From Rhizodiscina lignyota (Eukaryota): DNA of 64,000 bases. The stretch lies in assembly GCA_010015805.1 (NCBI GenBank), contig ML978121.1, positions 3,100,001-3,164,000 of the forward strand, given 5' to 3'. Numbering within the stretch: the first letter of the stretch is position 1; every line of letters starts with the position of its first letter. A program made the translations under genes and the position numbers. This document shows, in pieces, positions 23,186 through 35,088 of the stretch. A model generated the notes under the pieces. The model made no database searches. It worked only from the letters and a program-made list of their open reading frames with translations, and was not told the origin of the DNA.

Positions 23186-26100
23186 TCAATCCTCTTCTTC
23201 AGCTGCATTCTCCTGCACACTATCGTGCTCCGCCGCTTTCGCTCTTACACGCTCCACTGATTTCCGATCACCGTGAGCCTCCTCAAACTCCAGCCACCGC
23301 TTGAATACGAAAGCCGCCCTGCGTTTCTTCATCTTCAGACCGCTCATCCTCTCAAACAGGCCACGCACATTGCTTGGCTCGCCATGGGCCTTTTCAAGAT
23401 CGACAAACATATCCCACAAGTCCCAGCGCTTGGGGAAGCTGTCGAGCAACCCCTCAAAGATTGTGCGGCCGCGCTCAGGATCCCCGTTAGGAGACTGGAA
23501 CTCCAGACCACCGAACTTAGAGGTCAGCAGTCGATGATTGAATTGCGGGACCGACTGCAGAGCTCGAGGGAGTAGGGCTCGGGCTCGAGCTGCGGAAGAC
23601 AGGGTCGTCATGAGGAACGTTGCGTAATTTAGCCAGAAAGAGGGATTGACGGTAATGCCCTTGGTCTTTGTCATTGCTTGGAAGAGATCGTCTGCTTTCT
23701 GCAGGGGTCTAAGTTAGCAACGGAAACTCTAATGTGTATGTTTGACTCACAGCATGCTTGCCAGAGTCGATGTATATGCTGGCAAGTCTTTCATGTATCT
23801 CTTGTGCGTCGTTATACTGGCAGGCACGCTTGAACACCTCTTCGACGGTCTCATCGCTCCCATACGCATTTTCGAGATTGAGCAGTGCAACCCAAACGTT
23901 CAATTTCTCGTCTTCCTCGCGGATGTGGATTGTTTTGAGTGCACGCTCTGCAATCTCCCTCGCTGTATCAACCTCGTTCAGTTGAAGGTAGAAGGCCATG
24001 TACTGAATCCACAAGCTTGAAGAATTCGGCTGGCCCAACAGTTGACGTTCGTAGTCAGCAACAGATTGTGGGCCGTGTTTGTCCAGATCACCTGTTTTGT
24101 CTACTTTGACTTCTGGCTTGCGACGTTTCTTCTTCTTAGGCTCATTCGCGGTGTCGGCATCTGTAGCCTCCTCCTGCTCGGCATCTTTCTCCAAATTGCC
24201 GCCTACCCAGTCGAATCCACCAGTCGACAATCCGCGCGAAGGTTTATCAGTATCCTCATCCACGGACATATGGTCGGCTTCATCGTCGTTCGGGTCAATG
24301 TCATCAGGATCGGAGACTTGGACTTGGTCTTCCATCTCTTCATCATTCACCTCTTCTGACGCATCGAGCAAGACACCTCCATCTTCATCTATATCTTCCT
24401 CAGAACTGTCTGTGCCAGCGTTGTCTTGGAAATATGATGCTTTCAATCCAAAGTTGACCCTACGCTTTTGAAGGTCGACTTTAACCACGACCGCTTTCAC
24501 CCGATCACCTTCACTGTAGATCTTTCGGACATCCTCGACTGGGCCATCTGCAATCTCGCTGTGATGACACAGGCCGCTAAGATGATTCGAATTGTCGACG
24601 AGTATGAAGACACCGAAGTTTTCCACCTTTCGAATCTTCCCCGTGACTACTTGGCCAACCTTGACATTTTCCAGTTTCAACGGAGGGACATAGTCCTTAT
24701 TAAGGAGAGATTCCTTCAAGCTTAAGTGCACATGATTGAGGGATTCGTCAATCGAGATCACTTTGCCTTTGACCAGCTTTCCGGCTTCAAATTCCGGCTT
24801 CCAGTCCTTGATGAATGCGTCTGAGAGGTCAGAAACACGTACGAAAGCCGTAATCGAATGGCTTAAAGAGACGAACACGCCTTGATCTGCTGTGTTTCTC
24901 ACAAAACCTCTAACCACATCGTTGACTTTGAGCTGAGAGACACTGGCTACATGTGGATCTTGAACTGGCGATGATGAACTGAGGACTTTGGAAGGCCGCA
25001 TAGACAAGAACACTTTCTTGTTCGCTTTATCGACATCGAGAACGCAAACACGCACGATATCGTCCCGGTTGTGTGTCGTTGGGTTTGCTTTCGAAAAGTC
25101 ATCCACAAGTTCAGTCAGTCCGACAAGGCCGAAAACGTCCTTGCTCAACTGAATGATTAGATCCCACTCCGTGACTTTTGCGACCCGGCCAGGAAGAAGC
25201 ATGCCCTTGCTGAGGTCATCCAGTGTGAGCCTCTCAGTACCAGATGCTTCTTCTGCTACGAGATCCAGCCGCTGAGCTACTCGATCCACTGATCTTACGC
25301 GAACCTTCACAGCCGAGCCTACTGGGAAGTTCGCGTGGAGGTCGTTGAGGCGGGAGATATCGTCACAAAGGTCCATGAGGGCGATTCGTCCACGCACATT
25401 CGGAGAAAGGTTGACCCAAACGCACCGCTCATTGACATTGTTGATGTACGCAGTCCATGAGCTACCCTCTTGAACCTTGTCAAGAGCGAGCACATCGACT
25501 TCGCCTTGCAGTCTCCGACTGGGCTTGGCGGAAAGTTCGAAGACCGAATATTGTCCAGCTCGATGTGTGATTGGCAGGAAACGATGATTTTTGGCATCAT
25601 GCACACCGAGGACAGTGACATCAATGATCTCCCCAGGCTTGAAAGCGCGCAGTGGACGGTTGTGATCCTCGATATCTTCCCACGTATCAAACGCTTCCGA
25701 CGCGTCTACTCGACCTTGGACGTTATCAGCAAGCTGAACGTTGATTTGAGTTCTTTTAACGGCGGTAATGCGCGCCTTCGTGGTCTTCCCCATGGTATAG
25801 TCGAGTTTAGTCGTTGAGACGCCATCAACGGGATTGATTACGTCTCCAGTACTGAGAGCTGAGTTTTCCTTGGGCTTGTCGGTAGGAGGGACCCCAGGAC
25901 TGCGCTGACTTAATAAGAAATGTTGTTGGGCATGGTCAATTGCCACAACTCTTGCTGATATTGATTGCCCAATTCGAAGACCAAAGTCTGGAATGTCGGC
26001 AGCTCCATCTTCCAATTTAGACTTCCATAGAAGACCGGTGACGCCTCCAGCAAACTCAACGAATACGTTTTGCAGGGTGATGTTGCGGACAAATCCACTC

Positions 26101-28663
26101 ACTTCCTCATTCTCCTGCAAATCCTCAAACTTAGAAATAAGTTTGCCAGATCTCGAAGCCTTCACTAGACTTGGTTTGTGTGATAGCTCGATCAAACGTC
26201 GAAATTCTTTCTTGTTAAGAACCACAAGATCTTGCAACTTCTGGCCGATTCGTATCCTGCTCTGTGCAGACGAGTTCTTCTGCTCAGATCCATCAGTAAG
26301 ATGATTAACACGGAGCGTAGCTCGAAGATTGGATTCGTCCAAATTGATAGAAACACTGTCCAACGATTTCTCCGTTACAGTGCCTCCGACAATGGATCCG
26401 ACAGACAGCGCCGCAAATGCTTTTTCCTGGGTATCGTCCAGAACCGTGGCGCTTCGACAGCTGACAGTTAATTTCTCCTCGTTCGGATCCACATCAAGTG
26501 CTCGTACAGTAATGACTTGTCCCAAGCGGAAGTGCTGAGAGGGGTCCTTGATGAATGAGTCGCTTATTTCCGACACGGGCAGAAAACCGCGTACATTTCC
26601 GTAGAATTGTACGACGGCACCTGAAGGGATGAGTTTGATAATTGTCCCCGGAGACTCAGCACCAGGACTGATGGTTGTAAAGTTGTTCCACACTGTGGAA
26701 TCGGAGTTGACAAGCGTCTTTTTGAGTGTGAGACGAATGACGTTCTTCTCAGGATGAGTGAAAAGCACCCTCGCCGACACCTCCATGCCTTCTTTAAACT
26801 TTCGCTCTGGATGCTGAAGATGCACATCCGCCAGGTGCATCTCGGGTACGAGGCCCTTTATACCTTCTGCAAGGATTACAAGAACACCCCCAACGCCACG
26901 TTCGTTGATGATCAACTTCTCAATCTTTCCTTTGACGATTTGGCCCACTTGGACATCATCGACTCTCAAGAAGGGCTGTTCTAGAATCTTCTGTTCCAAA
27001 GAGACCAGGTACAGTCCATCTATTGCGTTGTAACCAACTACACGAGCGCGATGGACAGTGCCAACTTTGTAGCGGCCACTTTCTGCTGAGATTGTGTCGA
27101 TCTTGCTGTCAGACAGACGAGAAATATGCGCGAAGCCCCGGATGCCCCCGCCACCTATGTCCATAAAGAGACCAACCCCGGGACGCACCTTTGTCACCTT
27201 TGCATGGTCTACAAAGGATGATATCGGTAGCACTTTCAGTGGATGGAGTGCATCTTCTGGATGAGATCCAGGGCTGGGGGAAAGCGAAACCAGATGATCA
27301 AGAACAGATACACCGACTTTCTTGTGGTCGCTCTCCGGGAAAGTGCAAATAATTCTGGCTTTTGTTCTACTACCGTTCGGAAATCGTTGGGCAAGATCGC
27401 GTGTCGCCACTCCAGCACCTGAGTGAATGACGTCTGCAGTAGCATCTAGCATGCCCATAATCTTGCCTGCGATGCCAAAGGAATTCGTCTCGGTAACGAG
27501 CAGGTCGACAGCAGTGCCAGGCAAAAAGCCGTCGATGCTGGGTGCATCCTTCAAGAAATGGCCCTTCTTCACGTTCCCTGATGTCTGGAGATGTGCAGAC
27601 AGCTTCAGCAACTTTCCGTCGCTACTCTTGCTTATGACATTGCAGAGCATGGAAGTGCCTTCTTGGACATTTTCGATGGCGAAAGTACTTCCAAGCTCCT
27701 TCGACGAAAGGAAAGCGCTCGACGCATCGTCAAAGCCGAGGTCCATTACGAGGCCATGATCTTCTATGCTGACAACAGACGCAGCCACCGTCATTCCCAC
27801 TGCAATGTCAGACCTTGTCAAGCCGGCGTTTGCATGCCTTGGGTTGACAGACAGCTCAATCTTGCGTTTATTGTGCCCCGTATTCATCTCTTCTTCGGTG
27901 GATGTGACGTACGCCCGTAGATATTGTCCAACATGCGCAAATTCGTGTATATCAATGTCTTCGATGTCTTCAAGGCCATTGTCCGAATCATCATCCTGTG
28001 GCTGTTCTTGTAAAAGCTTTTCGATTCGTTCATTGAGCTGATCTGAGATATTTGTGATTGGGATGAAGCCGGAGATATTGTTCGGTAGAGCAAGGACAAT
28101 GTGATGAGAGGTAATCGATGAGACCTGCCCCAATACCATGGATCCGGGAACAAGCCGCTGGAATACGTCAGTGATGCGTCCAGCGTATATGAGCGTTATC
28201 CTACTTTGTAACTAAGTCCTTCGACTTTGACCTGGGATTCATCCTTGATATCTTCATCTTGCTTCTCGGCCTTGGTTCTTCTTCTCTTCTTGGCCAATGG
28301 TCGTGCAGGCCCCACATTTTCAGCAGAGCTTTCCTCGTCGTCGAACTGCTGCTCTCGTCTGGATGCACCACTCTGTTCAAAAAGGACGTCTCGTGTGGCC
28401 TGAATTTGTATCTGCTTATGTTCAAGAGGACTCAGAACGCTGGCTCCACCGCGTGGGAAGGCTCGTTCTTCTGCTTGAAGTACAGAGGATTTCGCTTCTG
28501 TCCTCGGCTTGTGCTCTGAGGTTCTCGACGACGGTTTCGACGAATCCCGCGAGGATTTCGTTTGCGTGCGGTGCTGAAATTTCCCAGTATTGGCGCCATC
28601 TGAATGTTTGGCCTTCTTTCCTGGCCTGTCCTCAGTAGCAGCGCCTCTCTTTATCGGCGCCAT
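23186..28663 (-). CDS. RRP5: rRNA biogenesis protein Rrp5 (S1 repeats plus C-terminal HAT/TPR)
   Basis: AFPRGGASVLSPLEHK, many S1 repeats, PQSVADYERQLLGQPNSSSLWIQYMAF, ERGRTIFEGLL..FPKRWDLW. Introns near 28160-28201 and 23700-23750. Confidence 0.97.
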
Positions 28664-28939
28664 AATTTGCGACTCTATGTGAATTTCGGATAGGAATTTT
28701 TTTATTTCACAGGGAAAAAAAAGAGCGGGGCAGGGATATATCGGAAGAACTTCGGGCCACGCCTCTGGACGTTCCAATTGGCGTTTCGGCAAGTCCCGCG
28801 GGCAGATACTCTATTCACAACTCTCGTCTAGTCGCACTTGCTTTACACGATCACATCTAGAACTCTTCAACGCTGGGACGTCTGCTCAGTACGTCTTATT
28901 TTAGACTTCATCGGACCCAAAGTCTGGAATGATCACATC

Positions 28940-30461
28940 ATGTCCCCCCCAGGAGCAGTTGATGATGTAGAGGCGCTACTAAAAAGAGGCCAGACACTTT
29001 TGCATGAGCTTCAGGTCTTTCATGACCACTTGACGGAGAAAAATCTATTGAACCGCGTTCATGGCACTACTCGTTTTCAAAGAACTATTAGCAAAGAGAT
29101 CCAGCACACCGCAAAGGTATGTCGCACTCAGCCAAACGAACTGGTGTCAAGTATTCCTTCTTTTCCACGCGCTTCCAAATCTCTTGACTTGTATTGTCGA
29201 TCGGCTAATGCTCTCATTGAAGCTGTTAGAAGCGAATATTTCAGATGAGCAGCGGCGCCATAGCTTGAGATCATCCAATCTCACATATCTGGAAGCAGTA
29301 TGGTCAGCTGCAAAAAGATCACGCGGGATCCGAGACTTCCCTCTTGGACTTAGTACAGCCAAGGGAAACCTAGGGAGTCCCGACATTGTGGCCGAGAATG
29401 GTAGCCTCTGGATCAAAGTGTCGACAATCAGTGAGCATCGCGTGCTCATGGAGTTGGCGAATGACGGCTGGCGCGGTTCTGATGAGGATACTGATGAGGA
29501 TGCCGAAAGCGAAGCTGAGGCTCTTGAGTCCCATTCCGATAGCGCCCATCCCTCTGATGACGAAGATGGTATTACGATCCTCAAAGCAGCGCGACGAGTG
29601 TTGAAGGCATCGAGAACTGTGCGTATCAACTACAGACATCCACAACTTCAGTTTATATTGCCCAATATCACAGAAGGGCGGGTACCACAGATCGACACAA
29701 TTCTCGAATCGGTACGTTCCACGGGATTCAAAATATTATTCGGAATTGATCTCGGAAATTCGCCCAGCATCAAAGAGTCCTTGGCGAGAATGGCGTTCGA
29801 CGACTACAACCAATTCACGAACACACTCAACATTGACTGCACAGTTCTTCTTGCTATTGTATCGGATATCTCACATGGCGACGTGGGAGAACAGCAAACA
29901 TCTAGACCCATGATTCGAGATCAGATGAAGATGGAAGCAAAACATCCGCTGCTTCCCCAGTTATTGCCAATGATGCGGGAAAGAAGGCTGCAATGTACTG
30001 AAGCTGCTGCTTCCCACATGAGACAAATTGTTAATGAAATCGGAACGGCTTCAGAACAAGAGAGAACGGCCATCATGTTCGGCCATACTCTTAGCGAAAG
30101 TAACAGCGGAGATCTACTGCAGGATCTGCAACGGCTCTCTTCGCACGCAATCCCCTCAGACCTCCACCTACCGATCGAGATTGTCAGCGATAAAGCAGCC
30201 GCAGATGATCTACCACCAATCGCACACAAAGTGGCCGAATCTCTTCGTTCTATTAACCGGTCTGTCTTTCTCTATGGCTGGGCAACCGGCTACACCACTA
30301 TTACGTCCAACAAGGGAGTTGCAAATCTAATCAAGAGGCTCGTGGAAGAATACCGGACAAGTGAAGACGAGGTTGGTCCAAATATATGGCTTTCAACCTA
30401 TAGCAGATCTCTATTAGCCAAAGAACCAGGGGAGGCGTGGCGAGTACGTCACAGTCCGTGA
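28940..30461 (+). CDS. DUF1308 / UPF0415 (C7orf25-like) protein
   Basis: LRSSNLTYLEAVW, PDIVAENGSLWIKVST, TLNIDCTVLLAIVSDISH, IGTASEQER, INRSVFLYGW...TITSN, SRSLLAK. One intron from about 29117. Confidence 0.8.
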
Positions 30462-30773
30462 AAAGTATTTGCAGGCTGGGTTTATGTAGAAGTGATGATG
30501 TCCTACGGCTAACATATACATCAGTCCTTTTACAAAAGGACTTGGAAGTGGCTGTGTCACCACAATTATATACTGGTTCTGCAGTCACAGGCTGCCGTTT
30601 GGATATCTAATCAGCATGAAAGCATACCTCCCAGAGCTTCCATTCCCAGCACAATGAGCAAGGTATAATCCAGTTGCTCTATCATCTCAGTCCAGCATCA
30701 AGAACATTTTGACTTCATGAAAATGCAGACCATCCTTGACTTCAAATGGACCTCGGCACACCAAATTTGCGCC

Positions 30774-32177
30774 TCATGGTGGTGTCCATATCTTGCCTGA
30801 CTCTTTCCGCCAATTCGCCAGTTGCCCAAGAATCCGATCCAACTCTTGTTCAAGTGTTTCCCACGTGTAGTCTTGTACCTTCAATTCGAACCCGGTCTCC
30901 GGTCTCATTTTCCGTAAGAAAGACACCACTGCAGAGTACGAACGGTTGAGTTCTTGCCAGCAGTCGTTTCGATCCGCTTTCCCCATCCTATTGTCATCAA
31001 GAACGTCGCTGTCCTTGTCCGGCGAGAGCTTGAGCTCGAGACTCTTCAAAGTCTTCATGGAAGTGAGAGGACCCAACATATCTCCAACGTGACGTCCGAA
31101 GGGGAAGATGGATACCAGCTTCAACGACTCGAGTCCCACGCGCGAGGGGGTTTGAAGCTCTTTGGATATCCACAGGAGTATGTGGTACAGAATTTGAGGA
31201 GGTGCGTAATTGAAATATTCATACAACGCGTATGCAGGTACTGAAGAGCCTTCGTTGTATGAAAGATGGGTCCAGTTGAGACAGTTGTGCAGGCAAAGGT
31301 GGTATGGCGACGAAGGCGATTTGCGGCGGCCACTGTCTGGACTGTTCGCGGGATTGTCGAGGATTCGAGGCTTGGAGAATTCCAGGTAGTGGTAAGGCAT
31401 CTCAAAGGCCCAAGCTTGTGTAGTAGCCATCCTGCTCTCGGCCAACAATGCCATGGTCGCTGGTGGCGCGACGACAACAACTCGTTCAGGCTTGAGGGCT
31501 CCGAAAACAGTGCGCCAGAGATTCTCAACCTCTCGCGCCGCGCAATTGTACGGTATTTCGGAGAAGTCCTCCATCGCTGTACCAGCTAGAACCACCAAAC
31601 TCTTCACATACTTGCTGATATCCTTCTGAGCCACGAAACTCAGAAAGTCAGATACAGTGCCGTCTGTGCATGGAATCCACTTGCGAAAATGCTTTGGACT
31701 TTTTCGCATGTAACTGTCGTTCTGACGTATCAGGCGTATCGGAAGAGCATTTCGATCAGGCGAGAAAGGAACAGAGCCGTCGAGGAAGAGCTCGAGGCTC
31801 CTGATGATATCGTCTTCATTCTCTGTTCGTCCAGGTCGGCCATTGATATGATGACGGCAGTAGCGTAGTAAGTCCTCGGAGAACACTAGCCATTCGGAAC
31901 AGGAACTCAACTTTATCCGGCTGTATTCAAATAGCTGAGGTAAAAGAATACGTCGCCATCTTTGACAGACAGTTGAGAGATCTTTGAGAGGCGTCTCCGG
32001 TGCTGATGTTAAATGAAAGGATGGCTCCTGGTCGAACTTCCTCATTGATGGAGGGCTGCCTTCACTCAACTCGAGATGTGAGAAGACCTGTAAAAGCAGC
32101 TCGTCGGGCAGTGAATCGCATGTCTTCTTCTTCTTCTCCTCTTCGTTTGACACTGCTGGATGTTCAAGCGTCGCCAT
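30774..32177 (-). CDS. F-box domain protein
   Basis: SLPDELLLQVFSHL...LKDLSTVCQRWRRILLPQLF, WAFEMPYHYL and YNEGSSVPAY motifs. 467-aa ORF. Confidence 0.85.
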   Translation of the reverse strand: MATLEHPAVSNEEEKKKKTCDSLPDELLLQVFSHLELSEGSPPSMRKFDQEPSFHLTSAPETPLKDLSTVCQRWRRILLPQLFEYSRIKLSSCSEWLVFSEDLLRYCRHHINGRPGRTENEDDIIRSLELFLDGSVPFSPDRNALPIRLIRQNDSYMRKSPKHFRKWIPCTDGTVSDFLSFVAQKDISKYVKSLVVLAGTAMEDFSEIPYNCAAREVENLWRTVFGALKPERVVVVAPPATMALLAESRMATTQAWAFEMPYHYLEFSKPRILDNPANSPDSGRRKSPSSPYHLCLHNCLNWTHLSYNEGSSVPAYALYEYFNYAPPQILYHILLWISKELQTPSRVGLESLKLVSIFPFGRHVGDMLGPLTSMKTLKSLELKLSPDKDSDVLDDNRMGKADRNDCWQELNRSYSAVVSFLRKMRPETGFELKVQDYTWETLEQELDRILGQLANWRKESGKIWTPP

Positions 32178-32768
32178 TTTGCAAGGAGAGCTGTCGGGCG
32201 GTGTTCAAGGTTGCGTCGTTCAATCAGAGGTTGAGATTTATGAGTAGAGCGCGTAGGTGTGAAGTGGGGGGTATCATAACAACCACACCGGTCAGCAGCT
32301 GTCGTAAGGATCGCCCTAATAGAACACTAATAGCGGACTATCATCGAGTCTCAATCTGTCTACCTTGGAATTTGTTCCATTGTTTCAAGATGTTCTCCCT
32401 TTCAGGCAGAGAGAAATCCCAGGCAGCCTTGTGAGCAGGACCCGTATCTAGCTCGCTTCATCTAGACTATTTCTCTATCCAGGCCAGGAAACCAACCACG
32501 CCTCCCGTTCAGCCTGCAGCATAGGATCGTACCGATTACTGCCCCCATAGGGTTGACACAGTTCATGCTAACTCCGGGGAGTATAGTTCTTAGTTTCAAG
32601 AAGACTCTGGATCCTTTCATCGGCGACGGAACGTTCTCCACCGCTAGGGAATGTGCATCTTCTACCTCGGGCAGCCGCTCAGAAGTAAGTAAGAAATTTA
32701 AGCCATTCCACTGTCGCTGCAATGACTACACACTGGAATGCAATTCGTACGAATACTCTCCCGTCACC

Positions 32769-34379
32769 ATGCCAGTTCTTGCAAGTGAGCATGTCCCTCT
32801 GCCAACCACGGACTTGCTCACTTGGATGTTTGATCTCCCCACCTATGACAAGGATAAGCCGATCTTCATCGATGCTGCAAACACATCGCGAGCAATAACA
32901 TGTCGACAGGCCAGGGCTATGGTCCGTCGAATCGCCGCCGGTCTGAAGAATGCTGGATTCCAACGTGGAGATTGCCTCTGTATGCACACATTCAACGACA
33001 TTCATTATCCAGTAGCATGTCTGGGTGCCGTGGCCGCAGGCGGTGTCTTTGCAGGCACAAATCCAGCATACACAGTAGCAGAACTGGAACATAGCTTTCG
33101 GACTGCGGAAGTGCGATTTCTCATTGTCGGCCCTCATTTACTGCCAAACGTCAGAGCGGCCGCTTCAAAAGTAGGCATTCCGGAATCAAATATATTTGCG
33201 TTCGATGTAGATGGCGAAGATATACCGCCAGGTATTCGCTCTTGGACAACGCTTCAAGATCATGGCGAGATTGATTGGGAGCGCTACGATGATATCGAGA
33301 CAGGAAAGCGGACGTCGGTTTCCAGGCTCTTCAGCAGCGGCACAACCGGATTGCCCAAAGCGATGGACATGTCATCTTACAATTGTACATCACAGCACAC
33401 TCTGGTGATGGAGCACCGCCCAAGGCCGTACGAGGTCAGGAGGATAATTTGCAATCCGATGTTCTTGGTTGCGCAAGTCGCACGATGTCACATAAGTGCT
33501 CTAAGAGGTGGTTACAGCATGTACATCATGCGCAGGTTCGAAATGGGACCATGGCTGGCGAATATCGAGAAGTTCAGAATCACAGAGCTAAACGTTGTGC
33601 CAGCAATGGTCGTGATGCTACTCAACTCGCCACTTCTCAAAAAGAGCTCTCTTGAATCCGTCAACCTCGTGTTCAGCGGCTCAGCGCCACTGGATAAGGA
33701 CCTCCAGGCAAGATTCAAGAAATATCTCCGAGATGATGCAGTCGTCAACGTGGTTTGGGGCATGAGCGAGACCTGCTGCGTTGGCATGTACTATTACTAT
33801 CCAGACGAAGACTCCAGTGGAGCAGTGGGCAGACCACTTCCGAACCACGATGTGAAATTGGTCGACGAAGAAGGCAAAGACATTACTTTGAGCGGCAATC
33901 TCGGAGAGCTATGCATGCGGGGGCCTTCGATCTTCAAGGGATATTGCGGTATTCCCACAGAGTTTGATGAGGATGGCTATTATCACACCGGAGATCTTTC
34001 ACATTACAACAAAGACACCAATCTGTGGTATATTAATGGCCGAAAGAAGGAGCTGATCAAGGTTCGAGGCTTCCAGGTCGCTCCGCAAGAGATTGAAGCA
34101 GTTCTTCTCAATCATCCAGATGTCGCTGATGCCTCTGTGATCGGAGTGCAAGAGTCTGCGGAGACATCCGAGTTTCCGCGCGCATACATCATACCCAAGC
34201 CTGGGAGCAACCCGTCTGTTGCAGCTATCAAAGCTTACACGGCAGAGCGGCTGGCTAAGTACAAACAGCTCGAAGGAGGGGTAGTGTTTGTGGATTCACT
34301 GCCGAAGAACGCGAATTCAAAGGTGATGAAGAATGTCTTAAGAGACAGGGCGAAGAAAGAGATGAGTGCGAGGTTATAA
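32769..34379 (+). CDS. 4-coumarate-CoA ligase-like AMP-dependent acyl-CoA synthetase, probably peroxisomal
   Basis: LFSSGTTGLPKA, WGMSET, YHTGD, RKKELIKVRGFQVAPQEIE. C-terminal ARL is a PTS1. Likely start MPVLAS at 32769. Confidence 0.93.
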   Translation: MPVLASEHVPLPTTDLLTWMFDLPTYDKDKPIFIDAANTSRAITCRQARAMVRRIAAGLKNAGFQRGDCLCMHTFNDIHYPVACLGAVAAGGVFAGTNPAYTVAELEHSFRTAEVRFLIVGPHLLPNVRAAASKVGIPESNIFAFDVDGEDIPPGIRSWTTLQDHGEIDWERYDDIETGKRTSVSRLFSSGTTGLPKAMDMSSYNCTSQHTLVMEHRPRPYEVRRIICNPMFLVAQVARCHISALRGGYSMYIMRRFEMGPWLANIEKFRITELNVVPAMVVMLLNSPLLKKSSLESVNLVFSGSAPLDKDLQARFKKYLRDDAVVNVVWGMSETCCVGMYYYYPDEDSSGAVGRPLPNHDVKLVDEEGKDITLSGNLGELCMRGPSIFKGYCGIPTEFDEDGYYHTGDLSHYNKDTNLWYINGRKKELIKVRGFQVAPQEIEAVLLNHPDVADASVIGVQESAETSEFPRAYIIPKPGSNPSVAAIKAYTAERLAKYKQLEGGVVFVDSLPKNANSKVMKNVLRDRAKKEMSARL

Positions 34380-34389
34380 ATGATATCCT

Positions 34390-34845
34390 GCCCTGTGAAG
34401 CACGGTGCTTCATTATCTTGCAGAGCGAAATCGACGGCGAGCTTGATGAGTCCTTCGAGATGCATAGGGAGAGAGTCACGGATATGAGGCCTAGAGAGAT
34501 CTGTTTAAAATAGCCTATAACCACTGTAATGCCAACCATATCAATGTCACGAAGCTTCATTATTGAAGGGAGGAACCGCGCGTGGATTTGATAAGGTAAG
34601 AGTGGGAGAGAATATCGTTGACTGAATCGTTAGCGACATCAAGGTTGTCTGCAACGGAAGGCCAGCGTAAGAAAGACGCGCGACAGTGACATTGTTAGCC
34701 TTAAGTGGTCGTGTGCTCTTTTGAACTAATCCCTCTAGGTTTCAGACAGGCCGTAACTCTCTCCTTGAGCATCTCAAAGTACTCATCGAGCTCGCCGTCG
34801 AGTTTTACTTGCAATAGAATGTATGGCCGGGCTGCACAGAGAGCA
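34390..34845. repeat. Diverged inverted repeat (arms about 34390-34525 and 34705-34845), probable gene relic
   Basis: tcgacggcgagcttgatgagtccttcgagatgcatagggagagagtcacgg matches the reverse complement tcgacggcgagctcgatgagtactttgagatgctcaaggagagagttacgg, and the match extends on both sides. Confidence 0.85.
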
Positions 34846-35088
34846 TGGACAACGAACTCCCCCGCCGCATTCACATGGGCTGCCAGGCCGGTTGTGGATA
34901 TCTTGTTCAAATGCTGGCATAGAGGTAGGAATTTCTGAACACATAGAACTTCGTTGTCATAGCTTGCTATTCATCTGATCAGTAAATCTAGTACCGCTTG
35001 TGCTCTTCATCGAAAGACATCAAAACTCATTTCTCGTGATCATGCCTCAGTAATCGCCCCACATCAACAAATCAGGGCCTTTCGTTGG

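Noticed and set aside
32553..32768. N-terminal extension of the 608-aa ligase ORF
   Set aside because: It starts at a non-ATG codon; family similarity begins at MPVLAS (32769).
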